Positions 23,395 to 36,600 of a DNA stretch of 64,000 bases are shown one piece after another (the first letter of the stretch is position 1; each line of letters begins with the position of its first letter). The notes below the pieces were generated by a model that saw nothing but the letters and a program-made list of their open reading frames with translations, was not told the origin of the DNA and did no database searches. The position numbers and the translations under genes were made by a program. The stretch covers positions 24,738,001 to 24,802,000 of the forward strand of contig OZ004607.1 of the NCBI GenBank assembly GCA_963924565.1, written 5' to 3'. Source of the DNA: Ascidiella aspersa (Eukaryota).

Positions 23395-25881
23395 TTATTT
23401 TTCCATCGCAATTCTTCGTTTGGGTGAAGCTAAAGGTGGGCTATAGTTTTCCATATTGTCGAGATGAGGTTTTTCAATCGCAATTTTTCTTAGTTTTTTG
23501 CTTTGTTCTCGTTCTTTTAGTTTTTGCGACTCCAGCTTTCTTTGTTCCATTCTTTCTTGAACGGCAGTCTATATTACGCATATAGGATAAATGTAATAAA
23601 AATATAGCTCTGTGCACGGTTTTGGACCATAAATTTTATTTGTAATTCTTAAACAGAGAATAACTAGCCTACTAATAATTATTTTTTTTTGCAATATAGC
23701 TTTTCGATTACAAGTAACACCTCTCCAACCTAAAACTTTTAAGAAAATAAAGAATTAAAGGTTACTTTTTATAACGTCGCGCTTTAATACTTATAATAAA
23801 CATCCAATGGGCCCAAGTGTGCGATTTTAATTCGCAGTAAAACTTTCGACCCTGACCCTTTACTGGGATTAAAACTGTAAACCTTTAACGATGAACACAC
23901 ATAAGGGTATTTGTAGAGCGTTTGAACATTTGAAAAGAAACCAGTAAGCAAACAAAGTGAAGCAAGTTAGTTGCGCCTTTTATACAACGAAGGGCAGCTA
24001 AGACCGAATTGCAATAAAATAGTTTACTGAGCTCTATATGTGTAAGTAAGTTGTGCACTTTAGTTTTATAGTTAATTATTCTTGATGGAACATTATAGTT
24101 TGTGTGACTTTTTATTACACCGAACTCGTTTTACCTGGGGATGCTCGTATCGAATGGATTGCATTGTTTTTTTCAACTGAACTTCTTCCCTGAAGTCCTG
24201 TTCCATTTGCACTAGAACCTTTGGCCTTGATTCGTGATTTTCTTCTTTTTTTCTTTCCTCGTTTGCGTTAAATTCGTCCATGGCCACAGAAATTTGGGGT
24301 TTGCTTTTTCCCGGTGTATGAAAGTCCACTTGTTGATCAGACATCGGTATCTGCGCGGTTATACATTTGAACGTTTGTTGGTGACTTTATTGTCGGAACA
24401 AGACATGTAATAAGTGCTCAAAGTACCTAATAATATGCACCAGCAACTACCAAAGTTAATTTATCAAATTAAGCTCGAAAATCTACAAAAATTAATGAAT
24501 TAATGATGCAACAATTGTTTTCCGTACATTTATTTTGACTGTCAACTAATCACTACAGATTATAGTCTAACAGAATTGCTATTTGTCATACAATATCTGC
24601 TATAGCCACTAAAATATAGTTCACCCCGCCAAAAGTGGACAAAAATCATCAGGCTTAACAAGCAAACGTACTTTATTACAATTGGACTAAAATTACCAAC
24701 CGGCCCTGTAAGACATGTCCCGTTTGTACAGCCGTCTCCTGTAAAAAATGATTATCATCCCTAAATTAGATTATTTGCCTTTATTTTTAATTAACCCAAG
24801 GTGGTGATACAATTTTAGGAATAGCAGATCGCTTTGCAGGCGCGACAAAAAAAAAGTTGACTCACTGAACGAAAACAATAGTTACATTAGTTTTGACACC
24901 TTAATTCCTTTATAATGGCCTTTTGGTGATCCAGGGCCGCCGTGTGTGTGTTCAAGTTTATCGTAGGCAATTACCACAGAAGGTTTTAGATCGTGTGGAG
25001 CTGAAACATCACGGTTTGATTCGTAGCCGACACGAGTTGGACCGTACGTATCATCTGTTTGGTAACTTGCGGGGTCCTCAGCGATATCCGAAAAGATGTG
25101 ATTGATGTAGCTCAAGGTTGTGTCTTGGTTTTCTTCAGCTGCCGGGTCGTGCAAATCTATGAAGAATAAATGGGCGTTTATATAAAGGAAGAAAAACTCT
25201 ACCTATATTGGGCCAGATTTTGTTCTATAAAAACGCTCCCAAAAACTCTCCCACTTGTGACATAGCAAGATTTTTTATCCTCTAGAAAGATAAACCACTT
25301 ACAACGATGATTATTCTTAGCCCGATAAAGGAACCTGATGTATTAGTGTCTTATCTCGGAAATCTTACATCAACTTGAGAATAAAACAAATTAGTTCTGA
25401 CAGAAGTAAACCGACCTACTGTCGACGTGAGTGGATGTTCGCCCCAAGACACTGCGTTCCCATAAAGCCAACGAGGAAAGCTTAAACGCATTTTCGGGTC
25501 GGATAGCGATTCGACCCTGAGTTGTCTTCGTTCCAAACGTAGTTCCGAGGGGCCCTTTAAGCATCCGGTCGCCTCCAATATAAAGAAAATAGTCGCGACT
25601 ATCATAACAGCTCCCAAAAAGCCGCAGATGCAAGAAATGAAAACTGAGCAAAAAAAAAACAGTTAAATTTTTTTAAACCTATACTTAAAAGCTGATATAT
25701 AGGACAAAGCTCCGAAGTAATTTAAAAAGTATATTGGCATGCTAACTATCTTCAATTAGATTTACCTTTTTGTACTTGTATATGTGCATATGTATATGTA
25801 TACTTGTACATTCTTACCCACAAAATTATCTCTGGATTCCAGAAATGAACTGCTATAACTTTGCTGTGTTTCGTCTGCCAT
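23395..25881 (-). CDS. Uncharacterised single-pass (type III) membrane protein, 5 exons, ~312 aa
   Basis: Frame-consistent exons 25881-25818, 25643-25416, 25156-24900, 24350-24135, 23568-23395(TAA). One TM (VVFISCICGFLGAVMIVATIFFIL) ~20 aa from the start, no signal peptide, Tyr-containing disordered tail and charged coiled-coil-like C-terminus. Confidence 0.72.
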
Positions 25882-27133
25882 TGCTTCAACTTGCTTAATT
25901 TTCACTAAACAGACATACATAAATAATAACCGTGGGTGCCTGCAAGTAGTACTAATAAATGATAAACAGGATACGCTAGTAATTTTGTATTATAAATGAC
26001 AACAGCTTTTTATTGATTTAAATTAAAATAGCAAATCAATTTAATGAGTCTGACACATTGTGCTAAATAGAGTTTAAACTTCTATACTGCGTGTTATGTA
26101 TAGTTTATGGTCTGAAGGTTTGACTTGTGTTCCTTTCGCAGCTCGCAAAATTGTCCAAGTTGCAACTTAAGTACTTTAGCAAAACAAATACGCCTTGTAA
26201 GGTATTTGTGAGCAGTGCGGTTAATAATCAACTAAGAGGCGGCCAGTCACTGTGGTGTTCTGAAAGATGGATACTGCGATATCGACTTGAAGCCAAATAT
26301 TTGCGCAATCCATCGCCTTTGAGCGAGTTTTCCCTAACTCTGTCGCTTGAGCACGTTTCTATTAGCTTCGGGTCGTTTATATTGATGACGAACGAACGAC
26401 CTGCCGTTATTTGCATTGTACCACCGAGTCGCGTGCTCAACACCAGCAAATTCCGGGACGACAAAAACAGATAAGGCACTTGAACCGCAATAAAATTTAT
26501 GACAATGAACTGGCAGGTTTAGGGCGTCGCGCGTTTCAGTGGAATTTTTGGATAGCCATTGCATTTAATAGAGGCATCACTCTATTTTAAAAAGAAAAAA
26601 ATTTTAAAAAGCAAATCCTTTCTCTATTTTAAAAAGCAAATCCTTTCATATTATGCAGTATAGCTTTCGGCCCAAATAAAAGTGTATATAGAGTGGCTGT
26701 AATGCGTAAATTGTTAATATTTATGCAAACAATATCCGAAAGTACAACACTCAGTATGTGCAAAAAAGGAAGTCATCTGCCTCTATACGCTTAAAAGCGG
26801 AAACGTATGATTAACGTCATATAATGCAAACACAAATGTCTCTCTGCAAATAAACGACACATTTGGGGATACATGCTCCAGTTTGTGTAAATATTTAAGA
26901 TAACACAGTGTTAGTTTAAACGACAGTGACTTTACTGCTGTTTCCTAAAAAGCAGTCCAGCTGTAGATTTAGAAATGGTTATGAATTATGAAGTCTTCAA
27001 AACAAAATGCTAAAACATGACATGTAACATAAAACTTTATCAGAATAGTGTGATAAAAGAAGATAACTTGTAGCAGAATTTTAAACAATAGTCCAATCGA
27101 ATCATCTTTCTGGTTGAAAATTAAATAACCATA

Positions 27134-28255
27134 ATGAGTCTACCCGCTGGTCATTATGTTGTAAGGCAACCACGTGGTCCTCCGGAACCTTCTTCAGGTG
27201 CTCCATCACAAGCATATCATCCTCCACCGGCTCCCACAAGAAGGCGAATGGGGTTCTTTACAACAGAAGGCGCTTCGACGAGCGCAAACCTGGGCAACGG
27301 AGTAAGTTCGTGTCGCCAAGCCCAGCGCTCGGAAGGCTTTGCACAATCTCGACGTCGTAGCATGGGTTCGGCCAGCAGAAACAGAAGGGCGAGAATAAGA
27401 ACGGAAAACCTCCCCGATTCGGTAATGGAATTTTTGCAATCCCTGGAAAACGATGAGTTAGCGGTTGAGTACGAGTCTTGGTTGGTGGATTACGGCGGTG
27501 AGTCTGATGTAAGCAGGCACAGTGTCATTCTACCATCACCGAGCGGTATGTCGGAACCTGCAGTAGCAACACCTATATCGCCATCACCAAGAGGTCATTT
27601 ATGCACGAGATACATTACAACCCTTATTCGTTATAAGGGCTACGTCTTTGTGGTCTTGGGTTCTGCGAGCGTAATGCTTCTTTTGATGGGAATCGCTTTT
27701 ATATCGAACAGCGCATCCTCTGCTGCACCCTTAACCGGTTTAGACGTGGACTTTGGAATCGCTATGTTGGTGATTGGTGGATGCTTTGTTGTCATCATCT
27801 GTATTGTTGAAGGATTTAGCTGGTGGCGTAAAAGCTCGCGATGCTCCAGTTTTCGCCGCTCTCCGCGTAGCAACGACTCCCATAATCAAAATGGTGGAGA
27901 AGCTTCAGAAAATGCCTTGCCGCCTATTCATTGTACGTTTGCCAGTGGGGCGCCACCTCCCATTGATTTTGACCCTGTCGTGGTCATAGACGACGTAAGT
28001 CGCGGGGCAAGTTTTTCAAGCAGGAAATCCAGCTGGACGTCCACGGGTACCAAGCCGCCGCCCTACAGCGAACATTTGCCTATAATAACTACCGCTCACA
28101 ACAACAGGTACCTGGTTGTACCGCTACGAAATAACAATCTGCACAATTTAGGAAGGAGAACTTTTAGTGACGCTAGGTGGCAACAAAGATTTCAAGCTAG
28201 TCGACCAATGCCCACAAGGCGAACCAACTCGCTGGGTAAAATAATGAGGCTGTAA
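27134..28255 (+). CDS. Intronless 373-aa two-TM protein with C-terminal PPxY motif
   Basis: ATG in good context (accataATG). TM1 YVFVVLGSASVMLLLMGIAFI, TM2 FGIAMLVIGGCFVVIICIV, motif KPPPYSE. AATAAA at ~28385. Confidence 0.8.
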   Translation: MSLPAGHYVVRQPRGPPEPSSGAPSQAYHPPPAPTRRRMGFFTTEGASTSANLGNGVSSCRQAQRSEGFAQSRRRSMGSASRNRRARIRTENLPDSVMEFLQSLENDELAVEYESWLVDYGGESDVSRHSVILPSPSGMSEPAVATPISPSPRGHLCTRYITTLIRYKGYVFVVLGSASVMLLLMGIAFISNSASSAAPLTGLDVDFGIAMLVIGGCFVVIICIVEGFSWWRKSSRCSSFRRSPRSNDSHNQNGGEASENALPPIHCTFASGAPPPIDFDPVVVIDDVSRGASFSSRKSSWTSTGTKPPPYSEHLPIITTAHNNRYLVVPLRNNNLHNLGRRTFSDARWQQRFQASRPMPTRRTNSLGKIMRL

Positions 28256-28497
28256 GTTAAATGCGATCTGCAAATCTAAATGCGAAACGACCATTTAACG
28301 GTCTACTCAAATGCCAATTTTAGTTTTTTAAATTGATTTTCGGTATTTTGCTTACAAGTGAATATTTTTTTCTAGAGCGAAATTAATAAAACTAAAAATG
28401 GTTCTATTTGCAAATATATTTACTTTCTTGTCTTAGTCAAATACTAGAGTTTCTTGTCTTAGTCAAATTCATTCATTCATAAGTTCTAGTCTTTAAC

Positions 28498-28538
28498 GGA
28501 AAAATATAATTCGCCAAAATATGGCATCATCAGTCTCT
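28498..28538 (-). ncRNA. Minimal type-I hammerhead ribozyme motif (degenerate core, GAAU)
   Basis: Minus strand reads AGAGA-CUGAUGA-U-GCCA-uauuu-UGGC-GAAU-UAUA-UU-UUUCC. Confidence 0.5.
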
Positions 28539-28584
28539 AGAAAAAACAACAACAAAACAATACAAACACGTAAACTGGGTTCCA

Positions 28585-28620
28585 CTGATGATTCCATATT
28601 TTGGCGAAATATATTTCTCT
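28585..28620 (+). ncRNA. Minimal hammerhead ribozyme motif lacking the 5' strand of helix I
   Basis: Plus strand reads CUGAUGA-U-UCCA-uauuu-UGGC-GAAA-UAUA-UU-UCUCU. Confidence 0.5.
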
Positions 28621-30682
28621 GTTAAAGTCTAAATTATATTGGCCAATATTTGAAGCCATTTTGTCGTCATTTACGTATAAGGGCGAGGATATATCTTCCT
28701 ATTTTACACATTCAGTTTGTCATGGTTCTATTGCCTTATTACTACAAAAGAAAATTTATTGACAAAATAGATTTGTTAGTACTTGTGTAAAATATACTAT
28801 TGTGTTGTTGTTTTTTCAATCAAGTGTAGTGGGTGCTGTCTTGAACTAACACCCGGACGAGCAGAAACGCAAAGATACCCGAACTAGTTATTTCTAATAC
28901 CGTAGCCTAATGGTTAGTCTGTAGTTCGTATTCTTTTTAAAAAAGTTTAAACCCATCTCCTTAAAAATCCCACTGAGTTCCAGCAAACCTTTCGACAAAG
29001 TAAGATCTTCACAAATGATTGCCCAAAATCTCTTCAACCTCCTAGTCCACGATATTCAGTTAACGAAGCACATTAGATGATATATTTTGAAACAATAATA
29101 TAAAACGATTTAAAATAAATCAAACATTTTTCTAGGTACACCAAAAATTATAGCGACGTTTTGTTATTGGTATTAAACTCTTTATGTTTGTTTTGTTCTT
29201 AAAACATAAATATAGGGCCTATGATTAACTGGATAAAACACAGTTTAAGAACAATTGGTTTAAAGAAAGTCTAGCTTTATAAAAGTAATAATTAAGGGCT
29301 TGCAAAATGTAAACGATATTCTATAAATTACACAGCGAATGAAATATAGACTGTTTTTAAGCCTAGTTATATCACAGAACTATTTTTATTAGAATATGAA
29401 AGGCTAAAATATTTCTGAACTTTACATGAAGTTAAACGTAAAACACAACACAGGATTTGAAATATATAGGTTTTATGGCACGTTTCAGTGGAATTACGGT
29501 AGGTTTCGATTGGCACGACAAAAGGCACACACTTAACATATTTGGCACAAGCAAAGAAATGGAATTTCTGGCTTATGGTTTCGAAAACCGTTGCAATACA
29601 TCTTTTTCATGAAATACATAGTGTAAAAAATGCAGACTTGGCAAGCAGCGACTGATTTTAGTGTTTTTCTCATTCAGGAAACAAAATTGTCATAAATTGA
29701 AAGAAATAGAAAGCTAAACACAAACCACAAGAGCGTTTTCAAAATGTGCAAAACATGTAAGGCTATTAACAATGGTATTAGCGGTAAAATATGGTTTTCT
29801 TTCGTTCTGTCAAGCTTCATTTTACGGTTTATCTGTTGCGAAAGTAAAGGCTGAGTAACATCGGCGAAAGAGGTTGTTTTGTTTTTGGCATTTCCGTCAC
29901 TTAAAAGAAAATCATAAACATGGAATAGAAGCTAATGCTCGAGTACATCGGTAATGTTGGTTGTTACTGACACATAAATATTTAAACGAGTTTCACGAAA
30001 AGTAAAATGTTTGATTGTGAAAACACTCACTTTTAGTGTAAACAGAGCCTACTTTTTTTAACAATTTTAAGTATTTTGTTTGTCATGGGCGGTGATGCGG
30101 TAAATATGTGGCTTAACAAAATTCTATCAACACAGTGATGAACAAATGGATGAAGACAAACAGGCATACAATCGATAATGCATCGCTACAAGAGAAAGCC
30201 CAAACCTTCCTAAAATAAATGTAAGTTGCATGACATGGCGATGACATGGTTAGGGATTAACGTTTTTAGAGCGCAATGTGTAAGGATAAGCCGAAGCAAA
30301 ACACCGATTCGGAAATGCGGGTAGCATTTGGAGCAATATTAATGCGACACACTCGGATAAGCGAAAGGAACCGTAGAGAAAAAGGGGGACTTCGACACCA
30401 CATTTGTACACTAAAGAAAAACATAAAAATTAATACCATTTGGTATTTTTTTTGTTATATCGTGTACTAGACAAGACGTAACTAAGTTATATAAATTAAA
30501 AGCTTAATATTGAATCATATAGGAAGGAACCGACAAACTAAACGAAAACCAATAAAGCTTAAATGGAGCATTGCCTTAAACAAAAAATGTTAGTTATAAT
30601 TGTCCGAACAGGTTCGCGCAAATGACAGAATCGTTTGAACAGACTTTGCCACAATCAAGCGTGATTATGGGTATACAAATAT

Positions 30683-33600
30683 TTATGCGTGATAAGCAAG
30701 GCTTCGGTGCAGGTTGGGGTTCTGACTATGGCGATTGCGACTTCTCACGGAAGTAAACATCATGTCGCAGCCCGGGACAGTGCATTGGTGCATCTCACGG
30801 AGGTGGACCGATTTAAAGTGAACTCTCAGCGTACCTTTGTTGCTGTACATTCGCTTACATATGCTGCACTGTACCGGGCCGGTTTTCCATGTGTTTCCTT
30901 CCATGCTCAAGGTAGGGTCGTCCATCTCTGTGACGTTGCTAAATGGCGACGACAAGCCACCCAGCATGGCTCTCTCAGCCTCACCGTTGATAAGGTCGGA
31001 TGACGACACTCCCATTTGTTGGGAGTCGTGGAAACCAGATGATGCCCGGTTGCTGTTGGCCGCGATCGCTGCTGCCCAAAACGTATTCATCCAATTTCTG
31101 TTGAGCAGGTTTTGATTTGGCAGCACGCCAGCTTGCGCGACTGTTGATACGGGTGGGAAAACGGGGGGAAACAATAGAGATTTTGTGGGAGGAAGAAGAC
31201 TGTTGTTCCACATCGGCATGAAGGCTGACGGCGTCTCTGTAGGAAAGAGTTTAGCGTAGGAAGAAAATGAGCTGTGTTGCATGGAAGATATGTCGGAAGC
31301 GTATTTGTACATCCCGAAATCACGTTGTGGTAGTCCTGCTTGAACAGAAAACCTGCGTTTCCAAACGCTGTCGTCTTGTATCTGATCATCGTCGGGTCGC
31401 ATAGTTTCAAACGGGGCAACAGGAGCCGATTTTCGTCGCTTGTGATCAAAATCAAGGGTGCCATGGTCTGGTGTTCTCATGTTGGCGTCACTAACATCGC
31501 GCTGTCGTTTTCTAGAAATTCCTGTTTCTTTCCAATCACCTGTTTGTGGTTTTATCTTGACAGTAGACGGTGACGGCGGATCAAGGCGAATTGAGGCGTT
31601 ATTATGTTCCCCAGTGCTATTTTCGCCGCGATTTGGTGTACCCACTTGCCTGCCAATTAAGTCTGGGTATTTACTCAATGGATTTTTAGAACAAGCACCA
31701 TCTAGTAGTTTGGTTGAAGGCGCAAGAAGGTTGACCAATGACGACGGTTGCGAAAAGTCGGCACAAGTGCGAGGAGCACCTAGGTTCCGCTCAAAAGGCG
31801 GTACAATAGTGCTGGTCGAGCGGCGCTTGATGCTATCAAAAACCCGAGGTGCTACCATTCGTGTTTCATCAACCGAAAGCTTTCGTCCGGCAGGATAAAA
31901 TTTCGAAAAGCTGCTGGTCTTGTCGGACGCTGTCGAGAAGCTGTTTGGTGAGTTTAACTGGAAAGGCAAGAAATTTGCTGAGCTGGACGTTGGAAAGTTG
32001 GCGGTGGAAAGCAAGTCCGGCTTGATGCTGTAAGCCTTCATCGCCTCAGCGAAAACCCTCTGATAAACTGCCATGAACTCGTCCGACGCTACAGAGGAAG
32101 AAGCTTTATCGCCTAAATTTGCGGACGCTTTATCTGCCTCGCAACGCTCGATCTTGCGCTGCTGGTGAGCTTGCTGGTGCTGACTTTCGCTTTCAAAGTC
32201 AGCTTTACTTCTCTGCGGTGTAGCCAGAACAGCCGAGGGTGTTTCCAATTCGGCGTTTTGCTCGCTGGAGCTGTTGTTGTCGTGGAAGCTGGAGACCGGC
32301 GACGGGCCGCAAAGTCCGGGAAGTAGTTGCTCCTTGAGCTTTTCCGTCATTCCGGTGGTTTGCGTGCTGATCCTCGGATCGCTGTACAGGCCGCGGAGAC
32401 GCAGTTTACTGCAAACAACCAAACTGCGTAAATCGAACTGAGAATAGCATCACATTCATTTTATTACAGCTTTGGGCAACAAAAAGCTCAATACTGCGTT
32501 GGAATAAATCGACAGTTGATATAGGCCAGATACAACTCGGTCAAAATTTACACGTCGACTAATATAGGTCAGAGTAATGAAGTATTTAATATTAGTATTA
32601 TTACCTGGAATTATTTAAAGTCAAATTAGCAAAAGTCGGCTTTTTTTAGATTTAAGGTATTGTTTGTGGAAGTCAGAAATCAAAGAAAAAATATATTTTT
32701 TTCATTCGGCATTGAATGTTTAGAAATAACGTCATTTTTTCAATTAAACTCTTTATTTTAAAAATCACTCAATTGTTTCAATCATGCACCGCGATTTTAG
32801 ATGGGCCATCATGGACCGCATTAAACTAGTCCACGTACCCCCAAGTGGTCCATGGAACCCAGTTTAAGAACCCCTGCACTATAATTTATCAATTGTCGCG
32901 TATAGACTACGAAATAAATTATTTTTAGGCCATGCATAAATAAGTTTATAATTTGTCGGTATTTTGTAGACCAGACCAGTGTTTATTAATCAAGTTTCGA
33001 TCGAACACTTGGGTTTGACAACGCTCTTTCACGGCTTCGACGCGAAAGTCATATAAAACATGAACAGCACGGACTACTTAAAGCTGTATCAACGATTATT
33101 TGAATTTTCTCACCTAAAGTTGCTATTATAAACAACAAAGAAACCCTTAGTAAAAATATAAAATTGACTCATATTACTAAAGCCTTGATTCTCACAATTA
33201 TTCATCGAAAAACAACGAGAGTATGGTCGCATGTACACAGAATGATTTTTTGTTTTTTTGTGACCATGCGAAAATGTGGGGTTCGACAGAAGCTTGGTAA
33301 ATGATGTAGGGGTTCGGTAGGGTAAAGCAAAGGTTCTACTGTCGTAGACATTTGGGTTTCACATACGCTGTGAATAAATACATTTATTTCTCATAGAAAG
33401 CTTGGCGCTCCACATGACTGAATTAAAATATGCAATGGTATCGAATTACACCCTTTTCTGACAATAGTCGAGTACACACATCGTAGTGGAAAATGTACAA
33501 TGTCAAAAAACTTAAAGTGGGCTACAGAGTGATTCACGTAAACCACGAAGCAAAGAGTGCAATAAACCCTGAGCATTGCAGCAGTTCAACTTATAGATAC

Positions 33601-36600
33601 CTAATTTTATTAAGTGTCAAGGATCAGCGACATTTGTGAGTCTGACTTGCGACACTCACCTGTGCAGGTTTGCGTTGGCGCTGTGTCGATCTCGGCTTCG
33701 TTTTGACGGGAATGTGGCGTTGCATCCTGGCACCGAACACTGCCACATCTCCTTTAAGTGTACGTTCTTTATATGAAGCTTCACACTGCAAAGAGGAAAC
33801 GCGTAGTTGTATTCGCAGGGTTGGTATTTGCAAAAAAATATCTAGTGTCAAATATTTAACTCCAACTTTGCGTCTTATCGAAAAGCACTCATTGCGTTTT
33901 AATGTATAGTCACATAAATTGTCACTTGCGATAAGCTATAAGTGTTCGTTTGCTAAAAATAGGTTTAGCTATAATTACAGGTTCACTGTCAAGGTGATAT
34001 GGACCACCTCTTGCAGTCACGGTAATGTCGCTTAACCGCACTGTACATGAACCTCCTACAAAGTCCAAGATTATCTATTTGAAACCGCTTTACATAGCTA
34101 GCCACTTGCGCAACGAACTAAGTATTCATTTTGTCGGCTTTCGAACTTTTCTAACGAGTGCTGTCCGTTATTTAACGCTGAAAAGCCTAAAATCGCGCTA
34201 AAACACAGCAAAGAAGGCAAAGGCATTTGCCTGCAAGGCAAGGGAATTTACCTGTAGACGTTTTTGAATTCCTTTCCACAAAGATGACAATTTCTGGAAC
34301 GTGTAGGAATCCAAACCCCGCTGTGAATTTCTCCTCCTGGAAGGCAAAAGTCTTTCTGCGACGAGTCACCAAATTCTATGGGAGGCTCGAAGTTTTTGTG
34401 GCGCGAGGTTGGATCGAGCGTGTCATTCAGTCCAGCAAACATCTTTGCAGGAAATCGAACGTTTTCTGAAGATCGTCTCGCCTTTTCTTCCGCTGGTATT
34501 AACTGTTGATATTCAGATGAAGTTGGCAGTTTTGGACTTTTATCTTCCTCTATGCTTCCGTCGGACCTCTCTTCGGATCTTTCGAACTTACGTTTCCTAT
34601 TTGATTTCTCAGCATTGGATTTTTCCGGGTCTGAATACGACCCGTCATAATCGACCTGTCGAGACCTTTGGTCGTTTGGCACTGAACGTGAACGTCTTAA
34701 AAAGTGGCCACTCGGCTTATGCGCAGGTGCACTTTCCGACATCATTTCCTTGATCATTTCTTCGCCGCTACTTGTGACTTTGGGCGAATTAGCAAAGACC
34801 TGTTGCGATACTGGAGATGTATCTTCTTCCTCATTCTCAACAATGCTGTCCGCAACAATGTCGTCTCTACTTTGTTCCTCACATGTTGGGCTTGGGATAT
34901 CTTTCTCTGTGACGACTTTGTCGCTTTGTAGCATATTGGAACTGTTATCGACTGGATTCTGGGCAGTTCGGGACGAAGACGACCATTTTGCTAGCAGCCA
35001 GGGTAAAGCAATAGACTTATATTGACTTTGCCATATATCGAACAGCACGTTAAAATTTTTTAGTTCTGGATTAAGGAAGGTTGTTTTGTGATCGCTGGGA
35101 TTTGAATCGCTTTTGCCATGTTCTGCGGTTTCTTCTTGGCAGCGAAACGGAACATTAGGCTTTCTTTTGTTTTTTCTGTCAAGAGAAACAGAGGGTGGTT
35201 CATCTTTGCCAGAAACTGTGTCATTTTGTTCTTTTGTGTCCGGCCCACTTTTAACACAGGGTGGTTTAGCATGCGATGACGAATTGTAAGACAACATTTG
35301 GGAGTCAATTTCAGTTGTTGTAGTCGAGTTACGACGATTCCGTTTGTCTTCACTATTCAGTATGCTAGGTTGTGAAGCAAAGGAATAAGACTTCCTACTT
35401 AAACTTGACTCTGGTGACGACGAAGCATCGTCAGACGAGGTGAAAGCGTTAAGTACGTCCGAGTGCTTTTCTTGATCGGAGATGTCCATTTTGTTTTTCA
35501 CTCCGTTAAGCTTTACAGAGAAATCTTGCGTTATGTCGGCGGCTGCGTCCAGGTGTACGTTGTACAAAGGCTGGCGTGGACGTACTGGAGATGAACTGGA
35601 TGTGGCCGCGTTGTACGTGTTTGCACCGGACACGGATTGACAGGAATACGACGATGGAAGAGTTAAAATGCATTGATCCTGTCAAAAAAGTGTAACGCAA
35701 AAAGAATAAGTTATCTCAGAAATGAAGCAAAAGACATAACATTTTGGCCCGCAAGAGTATGCAGGCCAAAACGAGCGCGATAGAAATAATAACGTTCTAT
35801 ATTATGTGTTCAATAGGAAAATAATTTATTACAGAGATAAATAATAATTTAAAAATTACGGGCTTGAAACGTACAACGTTGTATAAAATTGGTATATGAT
35901 AAAATTAAAAAACAAATAATATAGCTACATGACAAAGTTTGTACAATTTTTGAAAAACAAATCGTATATTATTTTTTGCAGTGTAACTCCAATATAGCTT
36001 CACGTACATCAGTATTTCCAATGTACATTATTGGTTTACACGGTTTAAGCTTTTGCATCTGCAACATGGCCAATAGTCACAGTGTCGCGGCATTTACCAC
36101 GAAATGAAAAACTGGTTTGGGCGGTTTGACGCGACAGCAATATTTATAAAGCTTTTTGCACATCGGTCTTACCTGGTAATCTGCCAGCATTATTCTCTTC
36201 GCTACGTCGAACGTGTCTGTAAAACGAAGAAACTGGAGAAAAATCAACTTTTCTTCGATATAGGAAATAAAATTCCCCCACGGTGATCCCTCACCCTACA
36301 ATAAAACTTATTTTAAGTGCCTTAATTTATTCAGTATACCATATTGGGTAAAAATGCACCATATTGGGTAAAATGGTATACGTATCATAAATATATAATA
36401 TGATTTTAGATATATTTAGATAACTATAAAACTTTGAATAGTTTAGTATGCGGTGCATAACTTAACAGAGTACCCCTAAGTTAGCGATGAAGCTTTGTTT
36501 TTATATTTACCCGGAGCTGGTAACCCCGCAAATATTCAGGGTAGGTCCAGCCAAATTCGGCCAGCAGAGATGAAACTTCTCTTGCGGGCAACAAACAGAG

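Larger units (their letters stand above)
28450..28637. mobile_element. Small non-autonomous Penelope-like repeat with ~50-bp inverted arms, each carrying a hammerhead-like motif
   Basis: Arms 28485-28534 and 28584-28635 are reverse complements. 28450-28574 is homologous to 55356-55480. Confidence 0.7.

Noticed and set aside
30689-31898. Plus-strand ORFs antisense to the BNC last exon
   Set aside because: Shadow ORFs of a real coding exon.
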